Positions 1-10,537 of a stretch of DNA of 64,000 bases are shown in pieces. The notes beneath the pieces are model-generated. The model saw only the letters and a list, made by a program, of their open reading frames with translations. It was not told the DNA's origin and made no database searches. The position numbers and the translations under genes were made by a program. The stretch lies in the NCBI GenBank assembly GCA_964639285.1, contig CAZXCI010000001.1, positions 42,343-106,342 on the forward strand, written 5' to 3'. The stretch's first letter is position 1, and every line of letters begins with the position of its first letter. The DNA is from an uncultured Candidatus Saccharibacteria bacterium (lineage in GTDB: Bacteria > Patescibacteriota > Minisyncoccia > Phycocordibacterales > XYD1-FULL-46-19).

Positions 1-45
1 AAAATTGCCTTGAAAATAAACCAAATTTTCAGTAACGTATAATTA

Positions 46-1173
46 ATGGCTGATATAGGAAAAAAGACGATTCTTATTGCTACGGGCCTTTATCCTCCCG
101 ATATTGGGGGTCCAGCTACTTATAGTCATCTGTTGAGTCAAGAATTGCCCCGGAGAGGCATTGGGGTGAAGATCTTAAGTTTCGGGGGGGTTCGTTCTTT
201 GCCGAAGATTATGCGTCATTTTGTCTATGGCTGGCGGGTTTTTAAGTTGTCTTCTCGGTATAGTATTATTTACGCCCAAGACCCAGTCAGCGTTGGTCTG
301 CCGGTTTGTCTGGCCTGCTTTTTTGCCAGGAGGAATTTTATTTTAAAGATTGTTGGTGACTACGCTTGGGAGCAGGGGAGCCAGCGCTTTGGTGTGACGG
401 ATCTTCTTGATGAATTTTCGGTTGAATTCAGGAAGTATCCTTGGCCGGTTAAATTATTAAAATTGATTCAGGTTGGTGTTGCTAAGAGAGCTAGCAAAGT
501 AATTGTTCCTAGTAATTATCTTAAGAAGATTGTTTCTAATTGGGGGATTAACCCAGAGAAGATTAGAGTTATTTATAACGCTTTTAACGCCCCAGCGATT
601 TTGCCAGACAAAGAATTTTTGCGTACTGAATTAAAACTTAGCGATAAGGTCATGGTTAGTGTTGGACGCTTGGTTCCCTGGAAAGGCTTCTCTCTTTTAA
701 TCAAGTTAATGCCAGAATTAATTTCTCTTCATCCGGATCTAAAATTTTTTATTGCTGGCGAAGGACCAGACTGGGATCAACTAAATAAAATGATTGTCGA
801 CAATAAGATGGCTGACCATGTGTTCTTAACGGGTCGCTTGTCTCAACTAGAACTTTTGAAACTTATTAAAGCGAGCGATCTTTTTATTCTCAATACCTCT
901 TATGAGGGTTTCTCCCATCAGCTATTAGAAGTGATGTGGTGTGGAACGCCAATTGTTACGACGAATGTCGGTGGGAACCCAGAATTGATCACTAATGGGC
1001 AAAATGGATTAATTATTAGCTACAATAGCTCCGAAGAGATTAAAAAGGCGATTGACAAAATTTTGTCTGATAAAATTTTTGCCGGCAACCTTTCTCGTTC
1101 GGCGAGAGAGAGAATTAAGTTATTTAGTTTAGATCGCATGATTGATGATTTAGTTGAAGAAATAGGAATATGA
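46..1173 (+). CDS. Glycosyltransferase family 1 (GT4-like)
   Basis: C-terminal GT-B motif EGFSHQLLEVMWCGTPIVTTNVGGNPELI. ATGA start/stop overlap with the next gene. Confidence 0.8.
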   Translation: MADIGKKTILIATGLYPPDIGGPATYSHLLSQELPRRGIGVKILSFGGVRSLPKIMRHFVYGWRVFKLSSRYSIIYAQDPVSVGLPVCLACFFARRNFILKIVGDYAWEQGSQRFGVTDLLDEFSVEFRKYPWPVKLLKLIQVGVAKRASKVIVPSNYLKKIVSNWGINPEKIRVIYNAFNAPAILPDKEFLRTELKLSDKVMVSVGRLVPWKGFSLLIKLMPELISLHPDLKFFIAGEGPDWDQLNKMIVDNKMADHVFLTGRLSQLELLKLIKASDLFILNTSYEGFSHQLLEVMWCGTPIVTTNVGGNPELITNGQNGLIISYNSSEEIKKAIDKILSDKIFAGNLSRSARERIKLFSLDRMIDDLVEEIGI

Positions 1174-2351
1174 ACTCTGTTAGGGATGATAAAGTAATAG
1201 TGTTAGAAAAAAATAGTGATAATAAAATCTCTAACGGAGTGAAAGTTTTAATGATTTCGACCGACAGGCTTATTTTTCATACTGGGAGTGATGTCCGTCG
1301 TCGCCTTCTTGATTATGGAGCATTATTTGCTGAAATTCACGTCATTGTTTTTTCTAATAAAAAATTAGGGCATCATGAAGAACAATTGACTGATAATGTT
1401 TTCCTCTACCCAACCAATTCTTTGAATCGCCTTTTTTATATTTGGCAAGCGATTAAGATTGGTTTGACTTTGCTCGGCCGGAAAGGGAATTGGGTTATTA
1501 CTAGCCAAGATCCCTTCGAGACGGGGGTTGTCGCTCTGTGGTTTAAATGGAAGAAGAAGATTCAATGGCAAGCTCAAATTCATACCGATTTTCTTAGCCC
1601 ATTTTTTGCCCAAGAATCTTGGCTTAATTGGTTGAGAGTTAGGTTGGCCGGCTTTCTTCTCCCTAGGGCTGATAAAATTAGGGTTGTTTCCCTGCGGATT
1701 AAAAAATCTTTGGCTGATTGGAATCTGAAAACAGAGCCAGTCGTTTTGCCGATCTTTGTTTCTCCTAAAACAGAAGTAGTCTGTTCTCCCGCTATGGATC
1801 TCCATAATAAATATCCTCAATTTTCGTTTGTCATTCTTATGGCATCGCGCTTAACTGTGGAAAAAAATTTCAGATTAGCCATCGACGCTTTTGCTGAAGT
1901 TGCCCTCGACAGGAAGAACGTTGGTTTAGTCATTGTTGGTCAGGGACCAGAGAAGGAGCATCTAAAATCTCTAGCAAAAACCTTCCGGGCTGGAGATCAA
2001 GTCATTTTTGAAGATTGGCAATCTAATTTGGATTGTTATTATAAGACGGCTGATCTCTTTATGCTTACCTCTAATTATGAAGGCTATGGTCGAACAATTA
2101 TTGAAGCTAGTCTGGTGGGCTGTCCGGTTCTTAGTACTGATGCTGGCTTGGTTGGCGAAGTTTTTAGCCAAGATGAAATTTTGGTCTGTCCCGTAGGGGA
2201 TGAAAAGTGTCTTTCTGAAAAGCTTGGCTGGGCAATTGCTAATCATGGCCAATTATCAGCAATGGGGGAAAGGTCGCGCTCTAAACTAGGAACTTTCTTA
2301 TCTGGGAAGGACAGTTATTTAGAAGCTTACCGTCAATCTCTTAGTGTTTAA
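1170..2351 (+). CDS. Glycosyltransferase family 1
   Basis: Motif NYEGYGRTIIEASLVGCPVLSTDAG typical of the GT1 nucleotide-sugar binding region. Confidence 0.75.
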   Translation: MNSVRDDKVIVLEKNSDNKISNGVKVLMISTDRLIFHTGSDVRRRLLDYGALFAEIHVIVFSNKKLGHHEEQLTDNVFLYPTNSLNRLFYIWQAIKIGLTLLGRKGNWVITSQDPFETGVVALWFKWKKKIQWQAQIHTDFLSPFFAQESWLNWLRVRLAGFLLPRADKIRVVSLRIKKSLADWNLKTEPVVLPIFVSPKTEVVCSPAMDLHNKYPQFSFVILMASRLTVEKNFRLAIDAFAEVALDRKNVGLVIVGQGPEKEHLKSLAKTFRAGDQVIFEDWQSNLDCYYKTADLFMLTSNYEGYGRTIIEASLVGCPVLSTDAGLVGEVFSQDEILVCPVGDEKCLSEKLGWAIANHGQLSAMGERSRSKLGTFLSGKDSYLEAYRQSLSV

Positions 2352-3378
2352 TCTGAACAAAATGAGAAATAAATTGTTAATTATTACTCAAAAAGTAAAT
2401 AAGGATGACCAAATCCTCGGCTTTTTCCATCGTTGGATTGAAGAATTTGCTAAACATTACGAAAAGGTAACTGTGATTTGTTTGGAACAAGGAATTTTCT
2501 CTCTGCCCAGTAATGTCAAAATCTTATCTTTAGGTAAGGAAAAAAAAATAGGAAGAATCAAATATTTATTTAATTTTTATAAATACATTTGGCAGGAGAG
2601 AAAGAATTACGGTTCTGTTTTTGTTCATATGAACCCTATTTATATTATTTTGGGGGGCCTCTATTGGCATCTGGAGGGAAAGAAAATTGCTCTTTGGTAT
2701 ACGCATAAGCAAGTTGACCTGAAGCTCAAAATCGCCGAAAAGTTGACCGATACCATCTTTTCCGCTTCAGTCGAAAGTTTCCGTTTACCAAGTAGCAAGC
2801 TTGTTGTGACCGGCCATGGTATTGATACTGATTTGTTTCGACCTCAAGATGGAGAGCATGAGGAGTTTGTTATCTTGTCGGTGGGGCGTTTAGCTAAAAC
2901 AAAAAATCACCATCTTTTGATTGAGGCCCTGGCCCATTTGCCTCAAATGGCTAAACCGTGGAAGCTCTTGATTATTGGCGGGGCAATTTATCCTGAAGAT
3001 TTTATTTATCAAGAGGATCTCCTTAGTTTAATTAAAAAATTCAATTTAGAAGATCGGATAACAATGACCGGCTCAATTTTGCCAAGTGGTATGGTTGAGT
3101 ATTATCAGTCGGCCGACTTACTCGTTAACTTAAGCGACACTGGCAGTTTAGACAAGGTAGTTCTTGAGGCGATGGCTTGTGGCTTGAGTATTGTCTCCTG
3201 CAACGAGGCCTTTGCTAAAATTTTGTCCAAAGATTTGTTTGTCGAGAAAGATCCAACTAGTATCTCTCTAGCTATTGTTCGAGCATTGGCGTTGTCAACT
3301 AACAGTCAAAATCGGGATTATATTGTTGCTAATCATAATTTGGTTCGGCTAATTGACAAAATCAGAGGATTGCTATGA
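2344..3378 (+). CDS. Glycosyltransferase family 1
   Basis: Motif SLDKVVLEAMACGLSIVSCNEAF. Same glycan locus. Confidence 0.7.
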   Translation: MFNLNKMRNKLLIITQKVNKDDQILGFFHRWIEEFAKHYEKVTVICLEQGIFSLPSNVKILSLGKEKKIGRIKYLFNFYKYIWQERKNYGSVFVHMNPIYIILGGLYWHLEGKKIALWYTHKQVDLKLKIAEKLTDTIFSASVESFRLPSSKLVVTGHGIDTDLFRPQDGEHEEFVILSVGRLAKTKNHHLLIEALAHLPQMAKPWKLLIIGGAIYPEDFIYQEDLLSLIKKFNLEDRITMTGSILPSGMVEYYQSADLLVNLSDTGSLDKVVLEAMACGLSIVSCNEAFAKILSKDLFVEKDPTSISLAIVRALALSTNSQNRDYIVANHNLVRLIDKIRGLL

Positions 3379-4481
3379 AAATTTCTTATATTGCCAATAT
3401 CCGTATTCCTACAGAAAGAGCCCATGGGATCCAAATTGTGAAAATGTGTGAAGCTTTTTCTCATCTTGGCCATGAAGTTGAGCTCGTTGTTCCACTGAGA
3501 AAGAATGAAATTACCGCTGATGTTTTTTCTTTTTATCGAACAAGAGAAACATTCAAGATAAAATATATTCCTTCTTTTGGTTTTTTTGGGAGTAGCCGAC
3601 TTAGTTTTTGGTTGCAGGCAGTCATCTTTTCTTTTGCGGCTTTTTTCTATCAACTATTTTATCCGGCTGATCTCATTTTTTGCCGCGATGAATTGCCAGT
3701 TTTTTGTTTGAGCTTTTTAAAAAAAAATGTTGTTTGGGAGGCTCACGGGGAAAGAGATAATTTTTTAGTTAAATTTTTATTAAAGAAGATACTTGCTCTC
3801 GTGGCTATTACGAGAGGTCTTAAAGATTTTTATTCCGACAAAGGGATTGCTAGCGAAAAAATTCTTGTTGCTCACGACAGTGTTGACCTGAAGATGTTTT
3901 CTGTTGAAAGGGGGAGAGAAGATTGTCGCTTGCAACTTGGACTACCTGTTGATTACGAGATTATTCTTTACACGGGACACCTTTATGATTGGAAAGGAGC
4001 CCAAGTCTTAGCTGAAGCTGCGACTTTTTTCCCCGCTAAGAGATGGGCGGTTTTTGTAGGAGGCACAGAAAAAGATCTCAAAGAGTTTAGAAATAAAAAT
4101 AAAAAAAATTCTAAACTTATGATTATTGGTCATCGACCATATGAAGAAATGCCTCTTTGGATGAAGGCGGCCAATGTGCTAATATTACCTAATACTAGCC
4201 CCCGTCCGACTTCGCCAATGAAACTTTTCGAATATATGGCTAGTGGTGTCCCTATTGTTTCCTCTGATTTGCCGACAATCAGAGAAGTTTTGAATGAAAA
4301 CAACGCTCTCCTGGTCGAGCCTGGTAATCCGGAGGCTCTATGGAAGGGGATTGGCCTCGTTATTAATGATGATGTCTTCGGAAAAAAAATTTCCCAGTAC
4401 GCTTTAGCGACTGTAAAAGAAAATTCTTGGGAAAAGAGGGGAGAAAAAATCATGACTTTTATCAAAAATGTCTCGGCTTAA
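3375..4481 (+). CDS. Glycosyltransferase family 1
   Basis: Motif MKLFEYMASGVPIVSSDLPTIREV. N-terminal membrane-associated segment. Confidence 0.75.
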   Translation: MKISYIANIRIPTERAHGIQIVKMCEAFSHLGHEVELVVPLRKNEITADVFSFYRTRETFKIKYIPSFGFFGSSRLSFWLQAVIFSFAAFFYQLFYPADLIFCRDELPVFCLSFLKKNVVWEAHGERDNFLVKFLLKKILALVAITRGLKDFYSDKGIASEKILVAHDSVDLKMFSVERGREDCRLQLGLPVDYEIILYTGHLYDWKGAQVLAEAATFFPAKRWAVFVGGTEKDLKEFRNKNKKNSKLMIIGHRPYEEMPLWMKAANVLILPNTSPRPTSPMKLFEYMASGVPIVSSDLPTIREVLNENNALLVEPGNPEALWKGIGLVINDDVFGKKISQYALATVKENSWEKRGEKIMTFIKNVSA

Positions 4482-5823
4482 ACAAAATTTTAATGGTGAT
4501 AGGCTAATTTTTCGGAGTAAGGGTGCCGAGGACTCTCATTTCCTAGGAGACTTTATTGGTTCCCAGTCAGTTCTCAATGACTGTTCGATTTATGACTTCT
4601 TACTTTTTGGGACCATCTTGCCCCCATTGTCTCCTTTGTCTGGAGTTTCCACTTTGTTTCCCGGGGAGTTAGAGGAGGGAGACAATCAATATCGCCATCT
4701 TGATGTTGCCATTAAGGATCAAAGTTTAGAAAAATTTGTCTCTGATTTTGACGACCTTTTGACTAATTATTTTAGTAATTATTCTAGGAAAGATAAGGCT
4801 CTGCTTTTGTCTGGCGGGATTGATTCGGCTATCATCTTAAGCTATCTTGGAAAAGATACAACTTGTCTTACTTGGGGTGGATGGGGAGAAAAATCTAGTG
4901 ATATCGTTTACTCTAAGATGACGGCTGATCGTTATGGAGTTGCGAAACATATTTATGTCCAAGCTGATTATGATAGAGATATTGAACTTTATGAGAAGAA
5001 GGTTAAAGAATTAAAAATACCCCTTCTTTTTTCTAATGTTATTCCCTTTATTCGTCTTTCGGAGGCGGGACAGCAAGCTGGGCTGAAAAGCTGGCTTATG
5101 GGTCAGAATGCTGATACGGTGCTTGTTTCTTATGCTCCAGAGGTTGCGGTAAGGCGTTTGTCGGTACTCAATAATTGGTTGCCGTTCAATCCTTTGTGGT
5201 TTTCTAATAATAGGAAAAGGCATCTTTTTTCAACCAGAAGTCTGATTCGTTTATTTGCTTACTTTAAATCGAACGGAATCTTCCCTGGAAGATGGATTAA
5301 ATTACCCCAAAATTATTTCGAAGAAAAAGAAGCTGTTCTTGCTCATTATCTTAAGCCCCAGAATCTTTCTCAAAAAATTATCTTAACAGAAGAGTTTTTG
5401 TCTGAGGCTCGTCGTAATCAGGTCTACCAAAATGAAATACCTCTGAGCTATGGTATAAAGGTTGATTGTCCATATTACACTAAGCAGTTTATAAATCTGG
5501 CTTTATCTGTTCCTGATCGATTACGAAGAGCTGGTAATTATGACAAGATAATTTTCAAAGAGTTAGCCAAGAAACGAAATGTTCCCCTAGAAGTAATAAA
5601 TAAGGGCAAAAAAGGTCTTTCTTATGGCTCTACTGATTTTATTAAAGAAAAAAAACACATTTCTATCTGGGACGCAATGGAGTCCGATGATTTTTTAAAC
5701 AAGTTTGTTAATGTGAAAGAAATAAGAAAAACTAAGGAGGACGATTTTCTTGTTTTTGATGTTTTGAGAAGTTTGTATAGTTACGGTCGCCTGGTTGTCA
5801 AACCTCATAACATTAAATTTTGA
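4468..5823 (+). CDS. Asparagine synthase-like PP-loop ATP pyrophosphatase (amidotransferase, WbpS-like)
   Basis: PP-loop SGGIDS (LLSGGIDSAIILSYLG). Sits inside a polysaccharide locus, as WbpS-like amidotransferases often do. Confidence 0.55.
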   Translation: MSRLKQNFNGDRLIFRSKGAEDSHFLGDFIGSQSVLNDCSIYDFLLFGTILPPLSPLSGVSTLFPGELEEGDNQYRHLDVAIKDQSLEKFVSDFDDLLTNYFSNYSRKDKALLLSGGIDSAIILSYLGKDTTCLTWGGWGEKSSDIVYSKMTADRYGVAKHIYVQADYDRDIELYEKKVKELKIPLLFSNVIPFIRLSEAGQQAGLKSWLMGQNADTVLVSYAPEVAVRRLSVLNNWLPFNPLWFSNNRKRHLFSTRSLIRLFAYFKSNGIFPGRWIKLPQNYFEEKEAVLAHYLKPQNLSQKIILTEEFLSEARRNQVYQNEIPLSYGIKVDCPYYTKQFINLALSVPDRLRRAGNYDKIIFKELAKKRNVPLEVINKGKKGLSYGSTDFIKEKKHISIWDAMESDDFLNKFVNVKEIRKTKEDDFLVFDVLRSLYSYGRLVVKPHNIKF

Positions 5824-6649
5824 TTGTCTCATGGATCAAGATAAAGAAAAGATTAAGTGTAGCGTTGGTATTATCGTTTTTAATCGAGAGGCGAGTTTGC
5901 GAGCAACACTAGAATCAGTCAAAGATTTTGCTGAGATTATTATCTGTGATGGCGGAAGTACTGATGGGACGTTAAAAATTGCCAGAGAATATGGTTGCAA
6001 AATTATCTCTCAAGCTCAGGAGCATAAAAGATCGGATAATAGCATTGATAATTTCTCTGGAGTTCGGAATCAAACCCTCGGGGTATCCCATTACGATTGG
6101 TTTCTTTATGTTGATTCGGATGAATTTCTATCGACAGAGGTGGTGACAGAAATTCGATCGATTATAGCTAAAGAGACGCCCGAATACTGGGTTTACAACA
6201 TGCCTCGAAAATTTATAGTTAATGGAAAGAAAGTTGATTGTGCTATTACTTACCCTTCTTATCAAACCAGATTTTTTAACAAGCGGGCGGTAACTGGATT
6301 TACCCGAAAAGTCCATGAACGTATTCAAGTTAAGGATGGCTTCGTCAAAGGGTTCTTGTTAGCGTGTACTTGGGCTCCACTAGACTTTGGAGAGTTAAAG
6401 AAGAAAAACGATTATTATCTAACGATAGAGGAGAATCGAGACATAACTTTCTATAATTGGCTAGTCTTTATCTTGTTTAAGACAGTTGCTTCGTCTGCTT
6501 TGTCAATCTTGCGCTATTTGAAGATGCTTCTTTTCTGTCGGGGGAACAAAATGCCCTGGTATAATGAATATATTAGACATCGCTATAATTTAAAGTTAAT
6601 CTTTGTTACGGGTAAAAAATTTTTATCTATTCGCCAGAGAAATGATTAA
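5795..6649 (+). CDS. Glycosyltransferase family 2
   Basis: N-terminal GT-A signature VGIIVFNREASL...ICDGGSTDGT, DxD-like DSDE, C-terminal TM segments. Confidence 0.7.
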   Translation: MSNLITLNFDCLMDQDKEKIKCSVGIIVFNREASLRATLESVKDFAEIIICDGGSTDGTLKIAREYGCKIISQAQEHKRSDNSIDNFSGVRNQTLGVSHYDWFLYVDSDEFLSTEVVTEIRSIIAKETPEYWVYNMPRKFIVNGKKVDCAITYPSYQTRFFNKRAVTGFTRKVHERIQVKDGFVKGFLLACTWAPLDFGELKKKNDYYLTIEENRDITFYNWLVFILFKTVASSALSILRYLKMLLFCRGNKMPWYNEYIRHRYNLKLIFVTGKKFLSIRQRND

Positions 6650-7295
6650 TAGTTGGATTATGTTTCAGAAAATTACTAGGGAAAAAATTAATAAGCTTGT
6701 TTCTCAATATGCAACGGATACTTCTGTCTTGGATATCGGGGCCGGCGGCTCTGTTTATGGTAAGTATTTTCCCAATAGGATCTCTGTCGATATTGATCCG
6801 TTAAGAAATCCTGATATTATTGCCGATGCTCACGCTCTGCCATTTAAAGACGGGGAGTATGTTTTTATTCTTTGTACTGAAGTATTAGAACATCTTAAAA
6901 ATCCTCAAGTGGCGATCAGGGAGATGTCCCGAGTTCTTGATCATGGGGGGGTCTTACTTTTAACGACGAGATTTGTTTATCCTATTCATGATAGTCCTAA
7001 TGATTATTGGCGTTTTACTAAGTATGGGTTACAGGAATTGTTTAGTGATTGGGAAATTGTGAGGTTAATCTCTGACACAGAGAACTTTTCCACTATTGCT
7101 GTTCTTCTCCAAAGGATCATTTTTCAGACTTCTTTAAGAGCCAATAGGTTAGTTAAAGTAATCTTGACCATCTTGACTCATATCTTTAGGAGAATGGATT
7201 TTCTGACAAGATATGAATATGGCGAGATAGGAAAAAAGACTAAAGAGAAAAATATCATGCCCAGTGGCTATTTTTTGGTATGCAGAAAAAAATAA
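6603..7295 (+). CDS. Class I SAM-dependent methyltransferase
   Basis: Motif I LDIGAGGSVYG and the post-I/II pattern LKNPQVAIREMSRVLDHGGVLLL. Confidence 0.7.
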   Translation: MLRVKNFYLFAREMINSWIMFQKITREKINKLVSQYATDTSVLDIGAGGSVYGKYFPNRISVDIDPLRNPDIIADAHALPFKDGEYVFILCTEVLEHLKNPQVAIREMSRVLDHGGVLLLTTRFVYPIHDSPNDYWRFTKYGLQELFSDWEIVRLISDTENFSTIAVLLQRIIFQTSLRANRLVKVILTILTHIFRRMDFLTRYEYGEIGKKTKEKNIMPSGYFLVCRKK

Positions 7296-7948
7296 AAAAT
7301 AAAGAGTTTCTATTTGGCCTATCGCGAAGTGATTTTCTTTTCTATCTTCCTTTGACGATCAACAGTAAGGTTTTAGAGATTGAATGTGGTTTTGGGACTC
7401 ACGCTTTCAACATTGCGAATTTCGTTAAAGAGATTGTTGCCGTTGACAGTCAGGTCGTCAATATCAATTTTTGTGAAAAAAGGAAGAGGCAAGAACAAGT
7501 AAATAATATTAATTTCCTCGAGTTTGAGACTGAAGATTTGAACTTTCCCCGGGAAACTTTTGATGTAATTTTAATCTCTAATTATCAGTTATTGGGTAAA
7601 AATGAGCGAATATTTAAACAATGTTATCAATGGCTCAAACCTCAAGGGACCCTGTATTTTGGGGTTAAGGTTTTGGGGGGTCTTTGGTGCTTGGATCACT
7701 ATCGACGATATTTGCAACGAGTTGGTTTTTCTAAAGAACCTCAGATTTACATTGCTTATCCCAGTCACTTGATTCCGCGTTTTATGATTCCGAAAGATGA
7801 CACTCTGGCTTTAAATTTTATCCTAAATTCTATGACTGCTTATAAGGGCTTTAGAGGTAAATTGATTCGGGGCTTAATTAAGGCCCCCCTTTTTACAAGA
7901 ATTTTTAGGAATTTGTTTTCTGACTATGCTTTTTTTGTGAAAAAATGA
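7280..7948 (+). CDS. Class I SAM-dependent methyltransferase-like
   Basis: VLEIECGFGTHAF (motif I-like), FDVILISN, WLKPQGTLYF. Confidence 0.5.
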   Translation: MQKKIKNKEFLFGLSRSDFLFYLPLTINSKVLEIECGFGTHAFNIANFVKEIVAVDSQVVNINFCEKRKRQEQVNNINFLEFETEDLNFPRETFDVILISNYQLLGKNERIFKQCYQWLKPQGTLYFGVKVLGGLWCLDHYRRYLQRVGFSKEPQIYIAYPSHLIPRFMIPKDDTLALNFILNSMTAYKGFRGKLIRGLIKAPLFTRIFRNLFSDYAFFVKK

Positions 7949-8781
7949 TCGAAGAATTAACAAAAGTAATTATTTCTAATTGGTCTCAGTTGCCAATTTC
8001 TCCACAGGTCCCTACTCCAAATGGGTTGTTGTCGTTTACTAAGTTTTGTCAGCGAATTGTTGGACGTAACACAAAAGTTTTATTTTTTGTTTCTCATGCT
8101 GGGCAGCCTGTTTGTATAATAAAGACCGTTAGGGACCCTGGTTTTAATCAGCGATTAGAAAAAGAGAAAAGAATTCAAAAACAAATTTGCTCTAGGGAAG
8201 TTGTTACTCCAGAAGTTTATTTTGATGGTTTTATTAATGACCGTTATTTTTACGCTGAGCAGGTGGTCTGGGGGACAATTCTTTCTCCCCGTCAAACCAG
8301 AGAAAAACAGTCTGAAATTATGAGCCAGGTTAAATCATTCCCCGTTGCCGGGGAAGTTCCCCTCCAGATGATCTTGGCTCTTTTTTCTTCAAGTTCGATT
8401 TTTCGATCAGACAAAAAGCTTTTTTCTTCGTTGGAATTTCTTTCCAAACAATCCCTAATCTTAAAAATGGGGTTAAGTCACGGCGATCTGGGCCGGCCAA
8501 ATTTGCTGACAGATGGAGTAAGGACTTACTTAATTGACTGGGAACGAGCAAATGATACCCCTTTTTGGTTAATTGATGGGGTTTCTCTTCTAGTCAAGAT
8601 CAACAATATTTGCAATTTTTCGGACTGGGAAAGTCGGGCTCTTTCGATTTTTATCAATTATACTGGCGTAACCTCTAATTACGCTAATATCCTTTATTAC
8701 TTAGTTTCAATTTTTGATATTCTCTATAAGCAATATCCGGCTGAGTATGCTAGGATTATTGAACAGTTGCCTAGGTTATAA
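7945..8781 (+). CDS. Aminoglycoside/choline-kinase-like phosphotransferase family protein
   Basis: Catalytic-loop-like LSHGDLGRPNLL followed by YLIDWERAN (Brenner HGD..N and IDWE motifs). Confidence 0.45.
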   Translation: MIEELTKVIISNWSQLPISPQVPTPNGLLSFTKFCQRIVGRNTKVLFFVSHAGQPVCIIKTVRDPGFNQRLEKEKRIQKQICSREVVTPEVYFDGFINDRYFYAEQVVWGTILSPRQTREKQSEIMSQVKSFPVAGEVPLQMILALFSSSSIFRSDKKLFSSLEFLSKQSLILKMGLSHGDLGRPNLLTDGVRTYLIDWERANDTPFWLIDGVSLLVKINNICNFSDWESRALSIFINYTGVTSNYANILYYLVSIFDILYKQYPAEYARIIEQLPRL

Positions 8782-8783
8782 CG

Positions 8784-9893
8784 ATGAAGATATTTTTTTT
8801 AACAACAGAGTTAAGTGTTAAGAACGGTTGGGGGAGGTATTCAATTGATTTGTTGACAATGCTTCGGTCATCGGGTCTTGAGACGATTGTTGCCATGAGT
8901 TACCTTGGTCCAAGCGAGGTGCCTTGGACAGTAATTAAAAAATTACCGAGCCCGACTGATTATCTTAAAATTTACCCACTAGCCATTTGGTCGGCGTGGA
9001 AGCTGCGCAAGTCGGTGGCTGGTTGTGAAGCGATCCACTGCTTGGTTGAACCATATTCGGCCATCGCCTATTGGTTGTCAAAGTTTACTGGGAAAAAGTT
9101 CTATATTACTACTCATGGCACTTTTGGCATCTTGCCTTATGAATTTCCACTCTGGCAAAGATATTTCCATCACCGGTCATTTAGAGTAGCAGACCAAATT
9201 ATCTGTGTCAGTAGTTACACCAAAAAGAGGTTAGCCAGATTTGGCTTGAGAAATTTAGTGGTAATTAATAACGGTATTGTTTTTAGTAATTTTCACAAAC
9301 CGCCAATCCCTTTATTAAAAGAACGAGAAGATGTCATTTTGAGTGTTGGGGCTTTTAAAAAACGTAAAGGGCAGCATCTTTCGCTTGTTGCATTTGCTAA
9401 GGTGGCGAATCAATTTCCCAACCTGAAATATTATTTGGTGGGGGATAAGTCAGATAAAGAATATTTCAGTCGCCTGTTAAATCTAGCCAAAGAGCTTGGG
9501 GTCGAAAAGCGAACCCGTTTTCTCTCTGATGTCTCTGACGAGGAACTTTTGGTCTTATACAAAAGAGCAAAATTATTTATTTTAAGTTCTTTGAGTGAAA
9601 AATCCTATTTTGAGGGGTTTGGCTTAGTTTATTTAGAAGCTAATGCTTGTGGTTTGCCGGTTATTGGCAGCAAAGATTCAGGGGCAGAGGATGCTATTAT
9701 TAACGGTCAAACGGGTTTTTTGGTGTCTCAAAATAAGCCAGATATCATCGCGGCTTTAATTAAGGAGATTCTTAATAATGATCGGCTCTGGCAGGAAATT
9801 AGCGACGGTGGTATAGTAAGAGCTCAGAAATTTGACTGGCGAGAAATTGCAAAGAAATATATTGAATTTTATAGAATGTCAATTTGTTCATGA
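8784..9893 (+). CDS. Glycosyltransferase family 1
   Basis: FEGFGLVYLEANACGLPVIGSKDSGAEDAIINGQTGFLV, a classic GT4 EX7E region. Confidence 0.75.
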   Translation: MKIFFLTTELSVKNGWGRYSIDLLTMLRSSGLETIVAMSYLGPSEVPWTVIKKLPSPTDYLKIYPLAIWSAWKLRKSVAGCEAIHCLVEPYSAIAYWLSKFTGKKFYITTHGTFGILPYEFPLWQRYFHHRSFRVADQIICVSSYTKKRLARFGLRNLVVINNGIVFSNFHKPPIPLLKEREDVILSVGAFKKRKGQHLSLVAFAKVANQFPNLKYYLVGDKSDKEYFSRLLNLAKELGVEKRTRFLSDVSDEELLVLYKRAKLFILSSLSEKSYFEGFGLVYLEANACGLPVIGSKDSGAEDAIINGQTGFLVSQNKPDIIAALIKEILNNDRLWQEISDGGIVRAQKFDWREIAKKYIEFYRMSICS

Positions 9894-10537
9894 TTTTTAA
9901 TTTTTTCAGAGGGATAATTAAGTCGATTTACTATCAAATTTTTCGATACAAGAGACATCCTCGTCGATATCGTTATCTTTTTGATTTAATCAAAGATATA
10001 AAACCCAGGAATATCTTAGAGATTGGGGTTTGGAATGGCCGACGGGGAGTTGAGATGATAAGGTTGGCTCAAAAATTTCAATCTGAGCCGATTAATTATT
10101 TTGGGGCCGATCTTTTTGAGAAGATGAACGAAAAGATGCTAGTTGATGAATTTTCTAAAATGCCACCCTCAGAAGAAGAGGTTAAAAATCGACTTGATAA
10201 AACGGGGGCTAAAATAACTTTAATTAAGGGTAATACCACGGAGAGTCTGCCGAGAAATTTTGATCTATTGCCGCCAATGGACTTTGTTTTTATTGATGGG
10301 GGACATGCCGTTGAAACTATCACTAACGATTGGTTTTATGTTAGCCAATTATTGAGTGATAAAGGAGTTGTCGTTTTTGATGATTATTATCCAGACCGAG
10401 ACGATGTTGGAGCTAAGAAAGTTGTTGAAAACATTAATTTAGATAAATATCAAGTCAAAATTTTACCCATCCAAGACGTTTTCAAAAAGACGGAGGGGTT
10501 ATTAAAGATTAATTTTGTTGAAGTAAGAAAGAAATAA
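9884..10537 (+). CDS. Class I SAM-dependent methyltransferase-like (Methyltransf_24/CmcI-like)
   Basis: LEIGVWNGRRG and FVFIDGGHAVETITNDW resemble the macrocin/CmcI O-methyltransferase fold. Confidence 0.45.
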   Translation: MFMIFNFFRGIIKSIYYQIFRYKRHPRRYRYLFDLIKDIKPRNILEIGVWNGRRGVEMIRLAQKFQSEPINYFGADLFEKMNEKMLVDEFSKMPPSEEEVKNRLDKTGAKITLIKGNTTESLPRNFDLLPPMDFVFIDGGHAVETITNDWFYVSQLLSDKGVVVFDDYYPDRDDVGAKKVVENINLDKYQVKILPIQDVFKKTEGLLKINFVEVRKK